A stretch of DNA of 64,000 nucleotides from Octopus sinensis (Eukaryota): positions 22,828,464 through 22,892,463 of the forward strand of contig NC_043011.1 of the NCBI RefSeq assembly GCF_006345805.1. The letters run 5' to 3'. The notes below the pieces were generated by a model. It ran no database searches. It worked only from the letters and a program-made list of their open reading frames with translations, and had not been told where the DNA came from. Numbering within the stretch: the stretch's first letter is position 1; the number at the start of each line of letters is the position of its first letter. A program made the position numbers and the translations under genes. Shown one piece after another: positions 1 to 13,500 of the stretch.

Positions 1-917
1 TCGGTTGGTGCTTTTTACGTGCCACCGGCACGGAAGCCAGTCAAGGCGGCGCTGGCATCAGCCACGTTTGGATGGTGCTTTTTACGTGCCACCGGCACAG
101 AGGCCAGTCTGGGCGGCGTATAAATATTTATATGTGTATGTATACATATATATGTGTGTGTTTCCCGCACCTCTACTTGACAACCAATGTTGATTTCTTT
201 CCATCCGTGCAACATAGCAGTTTGACAAAAGAGATTGATAGAATAAGTACCAAGCATAAGATCTAAGTACTGGGGTAAATTTGTTTGGCTAAGCCATTCA
301 AGGCGGTGCCCCAGCGTGGCTGCAATTCAGTAACTGAAAGATAGAAGATAAAAGATTTTGTATGTAAAGCTAATTTCCTCATTATATTATTCAATAATTT
401 TCCTCTTTTTCATTCCAAGATAATTTTCATTTCTTTTTCTGTCTTTTCTATACTGTTTGTCAACACAAGAAAATCCTTATACGGTTGCTCTGCCAGCTGG
501 AAATAGTGACTAAATTTCCCTTATATCAAATCTTATTGTGTGGAAAATTGAAAAAAAAATGCTCACTTCAGAAAATGTAGTCCAAGATACATTATGCCTG
601 AAAGAAAAAATGATGGGGTGATTATAGACAGGATGTTCTCGATTAAGACTGACATGGGTTAAAACAGTAACAATTCATGTATATTGTTATTAAAAAACAA
701 AACAAACAAAATCAAATCATTAAGTCAAACATCTTACTGAGCTGATAAGGTGATTGGCAACAAGCATACAGGAACAGAAGTGTCTCTAGTTACTGTACAA
801 TGTATCCATGGCAAACACAGACACTTAATTCACAGTATCCCAGTCAACTTCGATATTAAATAAAATATAAATGTGTGTTGATTTTGTGCTGTGAGAGAAA
901 GCAAGATCAATAAAATA

Positions 918-1030
918 AATACAGTTGAGAATCCTTTATTGAAAATGCTTGGGACCGGAAGTGTTCCAGACGTTTGAATGATTGTAAATTTACATCTGTA
1001 AAATGGAAATGCTTGGCAACAATCTGAACC
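918..1030 (+). mobile_element. Tigger/pogo-like terminal fragment
   Basis: tacagttgagaatcctttattgaaaatgcttgggaccggaagtgtt resembles MER46/Tigger4-type ends as I recall them. Confidence 0.35.
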
Positions 1031-4000
1031 CATTATCCAAGTTATATGTCAAAATACAGCATATACCAGATGTGTCAAACACAGAGGAAGTCATGGCTTG
1101 GATCTGGCCCAGCTCCTGATTCAATTTTATAAAAAATAATTTTTATTAGTATTTTTTTAATTTAAAATAATCTTCAATTCTCTATTTCTGAGATTAGAAA
1201 TTTGTATTATATACAATGTTTACATGAATCAGACTGGTAGCCTCATCTTGATTATTGCTTTCACTATGTTTCAGCTGGTGCCCAATCCAGCCTTTTTCAG
1301 GTGTCTTCTGATTCATTTACCTGGAATTGAACTCAGAACTTCTAGGAGACTGCCCTGCACTCACCAGTACCTTTATCTACTACACTATGCCTATTAGCGG
1401 TGACAGAGTGAATTTAGCATTGTGGATGATAAGGCATTGGTTAACGCAGTACAGTCACCTAGAGATCCTGAGCCCAATCCCAGGCAAGGCATTAAGGTGA
1501 GTCACAAGACACCTGAAGAAGGCTGGAGCGTTCAACAGCCGAAATGTAATGAAAGCAACAATCGAGATGAGGGCACCAGTTTGACTAATGTAAACAGTGT
1601 ACTTAAAATATTTTGTAAAATATATGTCACAAGCATACATTCAGAGTCAAAACCAAATCAGTGCACCAGAGCGAGTCTGTTGTTATCTTGACCAAGTAAA
1701 AGGAAACTTGTGAATCCATAAATAAAAATTTGTTACCTATTTCTCCTTCACTTTGTTTACATAAGCTGAGTCATATGGAACGTTAGATGAGTTTTTTTTG
1801 TGTATTTTTTTCTTTCTTTCTTTTTTTGTTTTTTAAAATTATATGTACTTTTGTCTGAATGGATTCTAATGATATGAGCAATACTGAAAGGTTTTGTAAC
1901 TAAAACAGTGCAAGCTTTTTCTAACTGTATACATTCATTTGGTCAATTTGACCTCGTAGATGAAGTGACAAGGGATCGAGATATCTGGCAATATGAAGCT
2001 CTTAAGAAGACCTGCCCACCTCAGCAAAACAGTTCTGGAAGTACTGTATGTTCCACCCACATGTAACATTAAATTTTTCATACCCCTACCCCAATAAATC
2101 AAACTACATCTCTTCTTCATGCACTATGCTTATCTCATCCCCTCCCCCACTCCTGAAGCCCAATCCTGTCCTCCCCACCCTGCCAACTGTATCATTCCTA
2201 CCCTGTTGCCCCCACTCCAGTCGCTGCATTCCCTGCTCCCTCCATTTGCATTCACATGAACTCTCAACTCAGGCACTGTGGACAATCCTCTACCATTCCA
2301 TTTATATTCACATCCTTGTACCTTGAGAATATGCCACCATCTCTCTTTGTTCTCTCTTACTCTCACTCCCTCTCACCCTCTTAATGGGGTAACTATATAT
2401 ATCTTCTCTACAGCAAGACACCTGTATCTGTTCCTCTGTCATACTCTTACCTCTCATCACTTGGCACAAAGTCCCTTCCTTCAATACCACCCACCTGTGG
2501 AAGCACATGGCCTAGTGGTTAGAGCAGTGGACTCTTTAAAAAGGCATATTTAATTTGTGGAGGCGCAATAGCCCAATGGATAGGGCAGTGGACTCGCTGT
2601 CAGAGGATCGCGTTTTCAATTCCCAAACTGGGCGTTGTGTGTGTTTATTGAGCGAAAACACCTAAAAGCTCCACAAGGCTCCGACAGGGGGGGGGGGGCG
2701 ACCCCTGTTGTACTCTTTCTCCACAACTTTCTCTCACTCTCTACCCTCCACATCAGACACCAGTGCTCTGGTCAGATGAGTTTATTGGCGTGTAGTTTAT
2801 TATTTTTAAATTGATTAACTTTCAAAAGCAGTTGTGTTTTCTTAATTTACATTGCTTTTTTTATTATTAGGGTTCAAAAGGGTGCGCAAGCTGGCCACAT
2901 TTGGTAGTACATCAACAAATACTTAGTGGCATTTCTCTCTCTGCTTTTTTATGTTCCCTTGATAATTCTATCCAAATTCCCCACCTCCCCCTTCCCCCTC
3001 CCCCTGCCTTCAGGTCAACTTCTCTTGCTTTTCATCTTTTTCAGGGTCAATAAAATAAAGTTATCCCATCATGTACATATTGGGATAGATTAAATCCAAC
3101 TTCTCTCAAACTCACTAAAAAAATGCTGGTATTCTGCACCAAAATTTAAAATAATTATTAGGTTCCAATAATACTCTTTCAATCCATTGGCTTCAGTATT
3201 TACTCTTTACTCTTTTACTTGTTTCAGTCATTTGACTGCGGTCATGCTGGAGCACCGCCTTTAGTCGAACAAATCGACCCCAGGACTTATTCTTTGTAAG
3301 CCTAGTACTTATTCTTTCTGACTCTTTTGCCAAACCGCTAAGTTACGGGGACGTAAACACACCAGCACCGGTTCTCAAGCGATGTTGGGGGGGATAAACA
3401 CAAAAACACAAACACATACACACATATATATACATATACATATATATGACGGGCTTCTTTCAGTTTCCGTCTACCAAATCTACTCACAAGGCTTTAGTCG
3501 ACCCGAGGTTATAGTACAAGACATTTGCCCATGGTGCCAGTAGTAGTGGGACTGAACCCAGAACCATGTGGTTAGTAAGCAAGCTACTTACCACACAGCC
3601 ACTCCTGTGCCTATTTATTCATAGAATTTTTTTTTTAAACTCTTTTCTAGTTTATTCTGGCCAACACATAGGAAGTTAGCATCTGAATGACATTCTTTCA
3701 CTGTTGGCATCAATGTGGTTTATATCATTAGTTTTGTTTTATATAAGTCAAAGTATTGAATGACTAACTGTTATATCTTTTTGAATTCAATGACTGTTCC
3801 ATAGGTCTGAGAGAGCATTACCATCTGGAGCTTTGTTCCTGATAGGGCCAACCTAGACAGGTTGGTCTCCTGGAGAGTTTACAGAGTAATGGTGACCCAT
3901 TGCTCATCACCAAGATGGCAGCCCCATCATCCAACTATTCAGCAGAAGACCAACAACCTGCCCAGAAGAACCATCAACCCCTTATGATACTGATCACAAG

Positions 4001-6750
4001 AAACCAGATGGCCCAACAACAGAACAGACCCCTGCATGCCTACAATGAGAAATCAAGGATGTAGAGGTGCTGGCATAAGATCTCCAGTGACGAAGAGCAC
4101 TGGTGGACCTGGGTGGCTCTATGCATATAATGTCTCCGAGGCGACTAACCTGGGATGACTCCAGCCTCATCAAACAAAAGCATGAAGTAGCAGCAGCAGC
4201 AGCATTTATCAGTTGATTACTTCTGCTTCATATATAGATGGCACCTGATAGCAATTCTTGCTCCTGTAATGCATAAAGATAACCTTGAAGGTGTGAAGTT
4301 ATAAACTTGTTGGTACTCCAATCCAGGCTTTTAGTGTGGTTTATTCCTTCTAGAATCTGGGTTTTTATTTTCAGAGTTGTTGTGTGGTAAGTAGCTTGCT
4401 TACCAACCACATGGTTCTGGGTTCAGTCCCACTACATGGCACCTTGGGAAAGTGTCTTCTATAGCCTCGGGCCGACCAAAGCCTTTTTGAGTATATTTGG
4501 TAGACGGAAACTGAAAGAAGCCCGTCGTATATATGTATATATATATGTATGTGTGTGTATATGTTTGTGTTTCTGTGTTTGTTCCCCCAACATCGCTTGA
4601 CAACTGATGCTGGTGTGTTTACATCCCTGTAACTTAGTGGTTCGATAAAAGAGACTGATAGAATAAGTACTAGGCTTACAAAGAATAAGTTCTGGGTCAA
4701 TTTGCTTGACTAAAGGCAGTGCTCCAGTATGGCCACAGTCAAATGACTGAAACGAGTAAAAGAATAAAGAGTATATACAACCTTCTCAGTGAACTAGTTT
4801 CTTTTTTGATTCTATTTCAGTATCGTATGGGATTTCCCAGTGTTCCTTGGTAAGAGATATGTGTTAGCTTTTATTTAATATCTCTTCTCAAGTTCATTAG
4901 CTGTCATGATCATGTTATTTTCATGTTCATAAACTTGAACAAGATAGTTACTAATCTTTTTCCCCTTTTATTTGTGTGTCTGTGTGTGTGAGTGTGTTGT
5001 GGTTTGTCTAAGAAAGTAACAATGGTTCCAACAGACATTGAACTCCAAAAAAACATAACAATTAGTTATTCAATACTTAGCACTTCTTGGTAAAGGACTC
5101 AAATCCGTTGCCTTCTAAATGTTGGATATGATGAAAAATATGAAACTTCTAAGCTATTGGATCATTGATTATTCAAATTGTAGAGATTAAATGAACAGGT
5201 TAGTCCTAAATTGATATATTAGCCAGTCAGTCACATTAGGAACAAGCATGTTAGTCAATATGCAAGTGCTATTGTGTAAAAACTTATAGGTAAAGTGACT
5301 GCTATTCATAACATAATGATGCCAAGTTGCTAGGTTAGTTAGTTATAATACTGTTCTCTCACCCATTCATTTTCCTGTATTTTTTTGTATTAGCAACTTT
5401 TTCTTTAATAATTCAATTAACCCCAACACACACAGTGTTCCTTCAAACACTTTTAGTCAATACCAAATATTCACATTATAAAATCAATCAGTTGTGAAAC
5501 CTATTAGTATTAATTTTATAAATCAAGTTGATTATTGCTATATAGAATGACAACAACCTACACCACCATTACCACAAATATGCTATTAAATAAACATGCC
5601 ATTATATTTGCACTTAGCTATTTTCATATAAAGAATTTGGGTCAAAATACAAGTTGTGTTTGACTTAAGAAAACCTATGTTCAAATACTTTGTATTTTTA
5701 TATATGGCAATAACAGTTACCTGCCCTGCCTAGTTAGGTTATTTGCTCGTCCAGGATTATGATGTGACAGCGGTTGAAGAATTTTAAATATAACCAGGAT
5801 ATTATACACAAATATATTCAGACTAATGTCCTCTTCTTGGTTGTTATAATCACTGTGAGATAGTGAATAAAGTGTTAAGTGTAATGGCTTAGCTAGTGGG
5901 CATGATTTTAATCCCCAGGGCAGTCAACCTTTACAGGGTTAAACAAAAGTCACCCGACAGTAAATCAAAATTCCATAAATACTAATCTGTAATTCTGTAT
6001 TGACTTAAATGGAAAAATGTGTCACTCAAGAAGGACTTCAGTTTGAACAATTTTCACGACATTTCATATTTAGATGCTTTTGTTAAATTTTGACTGGCTT
6101 CCGTGCCGGTGGCACGTAAAATGCACCGATCCGATCGTGGCTGTTAGATTTTTAGACACTAACATATCTTTTTTATACTCTTAGTTCACCCATGTGTATT
6201 CAGATCAATCGTGAATGGTTGAACCTACAGAGATAGAGTTGACAGTGGTTAAAACAAAACAATAAAAAAAACTTGAAATTTTTTTTTTAAATGCAAGTCA
6301 ACATTATCCCTCACACCTTGGTCCAATCAAGATCTTAAGAGGACAAATTATACTAAAGTCCTGAGTCCTGCCATATTGGCAGAAGATTGTAAATATATAA
6401 AACAATTAACCCAAAACAATAACATTTAAAAAGGAGTGGTTGTGTAGTAAGAAACTTTCTTCTATAGTCTCAATCCGACCAAAACCCAGTGAATGAATTT
6501 GGTAGACAGAAACTGAAACAAGCCTGTTGTATATATATACATATATATATATGTGTGTGTCTCCCCTGGCATGTAAAAAGCACCCACTACACTCATGGAG
6601 TAGTTGCGTTAGGAAGGGCATCCTACTGTAGAAACACTGCCAGATCAGACTGGAGCCTGGTGCAGCCTCCTGGCTTTCCAGACCCCAGTCAAACCGTCCA
6701 ACCTGTGCTAGCACGGAAAATGGACGTTAAAACGATGATGATGATGATGA

Positions 6751-6817
<67 letters not shown>

Positions 6818-9678
6818 GGTATATCTATGAGTGTATATGTCTTTCTGTCTGTGTTTCCACCCCACCTCCTTCCCTCTTGACAACTAGTGTTGGTTTGTTT
6901 GCATCCCCGTAACTTAGCAGTTTGGTAAAAGATACTGATAGAATAAGTACCAAATTTTAAAAAGTACTGTGGTTGATTCATTCGATTAAAAATTCAAGGT
7001 GGTGCCCTAGCATGGCCACAGTCTAATGACTGGAACAAGTAAAAGATAATAGATACTAAATAAAAAGAGTTAAGAAGCAAAGTGAGTACCTCCTCCAAAT
7101 TAGTGTTGGTATGGCAGTGATTATGAAAATAAGTATTACCTCCTTCCAAGAGATGATTACTAAATCTAGTGGTACCTTCCCCCAAGAGGTGTTAGAATAA
7201 CAGTGCTTACCAAACTGAATGCTACTTCCTGCCAAGAAGTGTTTGTATAATAATGGTAACCAAGGTGGGATGCAGTAATTACCAAAGTGAGTTTCCCCTT
7301 CTTCCTCAAGGTATTAGGATTGCTTGGGGAAAGCTACAAAAATTCTTTCTTTCTCTCAATTTTTTTCTGAAAGAAATTGACCACTAGGTCTAAAAATACC
7401 CAAGATGGTACCCTTATGATTCTAATGGCACTTAGGGCCTAAACCATGGTATATAAATGAAAGCATTCCTAATGTGGTACTGCCTTTCAAATTTACTGCA
7501 TTATCATCTTTAACAGTGTTTCTCAAACATTTTTCACTTTGATTCTTATTTTATTTGGATAGAGACTACCAGTCATTTAATGTTTAAAAAATCCTATTAT
7601 ATTTTTATGATTGAATATTATTAAGAATTGTATAAATATAATTAAAATATTTTGTCTATTGTAAAAGTATAACCAATTTATTGCAGATAATTTTTTACGT
7701 GCCAGGGGAGTCTGGCAGCAGTCACAATCGGCACATAAAAAGCACCAACCGATCGTGGCCGCTGCCAGACTCCCCTGGCACCTGTGCCAGTGGCACGTAA
7801 AAAGCACCCACTATACTCACAGAGTGGTTGGTGTTAGGAAGGGCATCCAGCTGTAGAAACACTACCAGATCAGACTGTAGCCTGGTGCAGCCTCCTGGCT
7901 TCCCAGACCCCAGTCGAACCGTCCAACCCGTGCTAGCACGGAAAACGGACGTTAAACGATGATGAAATGTTTGCAAAATCTTATTTGGACCCCAGTTGAT
8001 AACCACCGATCTTCCAACCCGTGCTAGCACGGAAAACACGTTAAACGATGATGAAATGTTTGCAAAATCTTATTTGGACCCCAGTTGATAACCACCGATC
8101 TATGGAATTGTATTGGTACAGCATCAAACAAATTGCTTTGCAGTATTTATTCCAGTTTTGGGCATTCTGAGCTCAACTTTACTTTTCATCCTTCATCATT
8201 GTTTAATGTCCACTTGCCATGCTGGCGTGGGATGGACTGTTTGACATGGAGCTGGCCAAACTCCAATTGTCTGTGGTGGTATGGTTTCTACAGCTGGATG
8301 CCCTTCGTAATGCTAACCACTTAACAGAGTGTGCTGGCTGCTTTTTAAGTGGCACCAGCACCTGAAAGGACAAGCCTGTATGTGTGGAAGACAGCAATTT
8401 TATTTAGCTTGACGCGTCTCGTGAAGTACAGCAAATCACATTTCCTGGTCCCTTGTCATTTCTTCATTGTGGCCCAGTGTCCAAAGATTCTTTCTCACCA
8501 CTTTGTCCCATATCTTCCTGGGCTTACTCATCCACAGGTACCCTCCTTCAAGGATCAATAAATAAAATACCAGTTAAGGGTGATGGATTGCCAAATTCAT
8601 TCATACCAAACACAAGACTTTACACAATCTATTCAGCTCTTTGCATTCTGAGTTCTAATCCCACTGTGGCAAACTTGGGTGGTAGACTTAATCATCAATC
8701 AATTTAATACCATCACCTGGCTCCCAAGAGTCTTTGGAAGAGCCCACTCTCTTGCAAGCATTCAAGGCAGTTGTGTTTTTAGGGTATCTTCCTCCAATTA
8801 GTCTTCATCCTCCTCATCATAAATACCTGAACATTATTAAGCCCTAGGATTCACAGAGATGGTTACCCAGTATAAGTGACCAAGGTCACAACATTTCCCC
8901 TCGAACAGGATGATAGTCAGTCGCAGGGATACTTATTTTCAACTGAGTGGGCTGGAGCAATGTGAAATGAAGTGTTTTGCTCAAGGACATAATGCACTGC
9001 CCAGTTCAGAAATTGAAACCACAATCATGTGATTGTGAATGCAACAACTTAACCACTAAGCCATGCATTAATCTTGAAGGTCTCAAAATAAAAGAAAAAA
9101 AGTCATGGGTAATACAAAAATTGATTGCATAAAACATTCTCTGCATAAGAGTAGGGGATACTGAGGATGATATAGAAAGTTAAAAGTGACTTTAATTTAA
9201 AGGGTATATATAAAGAACTATGATGATAATGTAAGCCTACTTGTATGAGTGGTTAAAAGTTCGCTCTCTCTCTCTCACACACACACACATGATGGCCTTT
9301 CAGTTTCTGTCTACCAAATCCACACACAAACCTTTAGTTAGCCTGGAGCTATAGAAGATATTTATCCAGGTGCCACACACTTGGACTGAACCTGAAACGA
9401 CATGGTTGGAAAGCAAACTACCTAATCACATATGCCTCTCTCTCTCTCAGACACACACACAGCCATCATCATTTAATGTCTCCTTTTCCATGCTGTACAT
9501 ATATATCAGATTGGATTTGTTGAAGTAGATTTTCTGCAGCCAGTTGCCTTTCCTGTTGCCAACCCATACCCGTTTCCAAGCAAGGTAATATTTTCTCACA
9601 GTACCCAGTTCTACTACTCTACTGGTCAAGATGGTTTTTAAGAAATATCAAAATATGCAAACAAAAATACAAACATTT

Positions 9679-9684
9679 TTTATT
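9679..9684 (-). terminator. Candidate polyadenylation signal AATAAA for NOC3L
   Basis: AATAAA starting 5 nt after the stop codon, followed by T/GT-rich sequence on the minus strand. The true 3' end is not visible from sequence. Confidence 0.4.
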
Positions 9685-9688
9685 AAAA

Positions 9689-9764
9689 TTATTTATTTAA
9701 CTTAGAATTTGCAAATTTAGTTATAGTCTCTTCATGATACTTTTCATATAAATCCACTGCTGAC
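9689..9764 (-). CDS. NOC3L: NOC3L exon 20 (terminal coding exon)
   Basis: Acceptor tttttacag, phase 2, SAVDLYEKYHEETITKFANSKLNK-stop. Aligns to human SATELFEAY. Confidence 0.82.
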
Positions 9765-10520
9765 CTGTAAAAAAGAAATAAAATAGCAATATAGTTAGTA
9801 CATGCCGAGAAACATTAACTCTTTAGCATTTAAACTTGCCATATCAGACCTAAATATTCTACATGTTTTGTGCTGAAACTGGTGAGATCCAGCCTCTCAC
9901 ACCTACCTTAGCATGCCATTTTAAAAATAAACAATTACATCATCGAAATCTCAAAGCTATGTGATCATGCATAATTAATTCAAACTAATGTGAATAAACA
10001 AGCATTGATCTGACAGTGTTTCTACAGCTGGATGCCCTTCCTAATGCCAACCACTCCATTAGTGTAGTAGGTGTTTTTTACATGCCACCGGCACAGGTGC
10101 CAGGCAAGGCTGGCAATGGCCACGATCGGTTGGTGCTTTTTACGTGCCACCAGCAGGGAAGCCAGTCAAGGTGGCGCTGGCATCGGCCACGTTCAGATGG
10201 TGCTTTTTACGTGCCACTGGCACAGATATCACAACTACAATTTCCATTTGATTTTTATTTTGATGTTGATGTACTTGACTCAATAGATCTTCTCAAGCAC
10301 AGCAGGCCGTCTTGTGATCCAAAGGTACTTTGGATGGGCTGGGGCTGCTATGTGAAGCTGGTGCAATAAACACCCATGAACTCACGTTATTTGTCAGGTC
10401 TTCGCAGTCATGGCATATCTCCAGAGATCTCAGTCTTTCGTCACTGCCTCTGTGAAGCCCAACGTTTGAAGGTCATGCTTAACCACCTCATCTCATGTCT
10501 TCCTGGGTCTACCTCTACCT

Positions 10521-10563
<43 letters not shown>

Positions 10564-13500
10564 GTCATTGGTAACAGGAAGGGCACCCAGCTATAGACAA
10601 TCTGCCTCAACAAGTTCTGTCTGACCCATGCAAGCATGGAAAAGTGGACATTAAAACGATGATGACGCTACATACATATGTATACACACATATATATGCA
10701 TATGTGTGTAAAACAGAAATTAGTTGTAAGATGGCCCACAAAAATCAAGCCTTATATCTGCCATAAATCACATGACTGTGCTAACCACTCAACCAAAGTG
10801 ACCAGACAGTTTCAACCATCTAAATTAGAAGTCTTGACCTAACAAGTTAGAATTATTCATATCAGTGATCTGTTAATGGGACATTCAGTCCCAAAGTATC
10901 AAGATATAGTATTGTATTTGTTTTATACATTGAAGACAGAAAAATATTGTAAGATCACCTATGGCAACTAAACTTTGTCTGTTGTAAACCACATGCTAAC
11001 CACTAAACCAACACATGGTTTCCAAATAGTTTCTGTTGACCATATTTCAACTTCAAGGCATTGGACAACCTGAGGTGATGTTAGAAGTAGCATGCAGTAA
11101 GGCGGCGAGCTGGCAGAAACGTTAGCACGCCAGGCGAAATGCTTAGCGGTATTTTGTCTGCCATTATATTCTGGGTTCAAATTCCGCTGAGGTCAACTTT
11201 ACCTTTCATCCTTTCAGGGTCGATTAAATAAGTACAAGTTACGCACTGGAGTCAATATAATCTACTTAATCCGTTTGTCGGTCCTTGTTTGTCCCCTCTG
11301 TGTGTAGCCCCTTGTGGGCAGTAAAGAAATAGGAAGTAGCATGCAGTAGGATTCAATCTAGAACCACATGTTTGCAGAGCAAACTTCTTAACCATACAGC
11401 CTTCAATTTATATTATTGTCATTTCATAAGAACTAAACTGAAGAAAAAGAAATGTAAGTAAACAAAATACCAGCAGTATACTGTAAGCAACTGTACATTA
11501 CTATTGATTACAATGGAGTTCTTAACCGGAACTCGATGTCTACAAGCGAGAATCAATAGATTCTTACATGTAGGTATGAATGTGAAATTAAGGACTTCAA
11601 TTTCGAACCACATAGATCAAGATTAGATTCCACTGCATGGCACTTTGAGCAAGAGATTTCTATTACATTGTACTTGTTTCATGTTCAAAACGGCAAGATC
11701 TGGCTTCTCACACCTACCCAACAATGTTATCCCAAAAATAAATCACTTCATCAAAATCTCAAAGCTACAAGATAATTAGTTCAAAACAATGCGAATACAT
11801 AAGCAGTACATCTGACAGAGTAACCTGAATGCTAAAGGATTAAGACTGAGATTTGGTAAAGGAAACTAAAACCTTTTACTGATGTGTATGTGGGGGGAGG
11901 GGGTATTTCTATTGTTCACTAATTCACACAGATGAAAGATAAGAGACAAAAAAAAAAAGTTGTGCTTTTCAAACCAGTTCCCTTGCAATATTTATTCTGC
12001 ACTAAGTTACCCTAATACAACTTTTGCCTTCAGAGGTATAGTGAACTAGTAGCTTAGTGGAAACCTGTTCACAAATTGTGATTAAGAAAAAAAAATTAAA
12101 ATAAACCAATTAAATGTTTTGACAGCTTTGGCAGGTTGACCTTTTTTTAAAACCATATTTTTGTCTGTGGTGTCATAAATATCATAATATTTTGACTATT
12201 TCTTTATTCTCAGAGTTTGTGTTTAGTTTTGCAAGTGGTTCACACCTATAAAAGCAAAAATGGCAACTAAAAGAAATAAATGAAGAAATTCATACAAATT
12301 TCAGCAAGTTTACCTGTTCTACTTAAAAGACAGCTGAATGTCAAGATATAGAATGTAGAAAAATACCAGCTGATAATTACGTGTAAATATTTTCAGTGTC
12401 AAACCCAAAAGAACTAATTATCCAAATCTTAAATTTCAATCCATTCTCAGAAAAGAAGAAAACACCAACTGAGGAAGACACTTGATTTGTTAACTATTTC
12501 ACAAGCTCATTTCAGTGTGTTGCAATAAGCCAGATAACACCTACTCTACCTCATTAGCATACCTCAGTCGTTAATAAAAATAACATGGTAACATGACAAG
12601 AAAAAAAAAAGTAAAAATAAAAGACAAAAAGGAATAAAATAATTATGCATATATGTTATTTCATTGCAAGAAGAAATGGATCTGGTTTTAAAACACTGCT
12701 TAAAATCAATACAAAATATACACAATATATATTTATCGTGTGTGTGTATATATATAATATATATTTATCTGTGCTTGTGTGTATGTGTGTGTATATATAT
12801 ATATATACACACACATACATACATCCATCCATATATAATCAATCATAAACACCATCTGGTTTTCCATCTTTTTCTTTTTCCTTTTTATGCTAACATGAGT
12901 GAGATTGATTTACTGTACACCAACCAACCTTATACATACCCTTTAATGCTCACAGAAACAATGCATTTTGTAGTGGTTCTGTTGATACATTTGGGCATTT
13001 CTGATTATATATTTTTGCTTTGGATTCTGTGGTACCAGATTAAAAACACATCCAGCCATTGAAGACCATGCAAAAACACATCCAGCCTTTAAAGGCCAAA
13101 CCTGGTGCAGTCCACTGCTTAGCCAGCTCCTGTCAAACCGTCCAACCCATGCCAGCATGGAAAACAGAAATTAAATGATGAGGATGCCTTTCGTTTCACC
13201 AACTGCAGTGAAAGAGTAGTCCAGGTGTTTTCTACTGTAACATGAGTGTAAACCATGTGAATTATCCTTTTAATATCAACCCAGCTCAAACTGCCTCTAT
13301 TAAAATATTCCCCCTCATCATTGTTTTAATGTCTTTTTTTACTTTCTCCACCCATGCTTTCATGGGTTAGAGGGAATCTGTTGAAGTGAATTTTCTACAG
13401 CTGGGTGCCTTTCCTGTCACCAACCCTCACCTGCTTCCAAGTAAGGTAACATTTTTCCATGACCAGACATGTTTTCAGGAATGATTGGTAATGAAGGACA

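Noticed and set aside
7085-7320. Degenerate ~45-bp periodic motif tacc(t)tcc..ccaag
   Set aside because: Too eroded to define a unit; probably an old minisatellite. Similar cases at 30545-30850 and 32800-32960.
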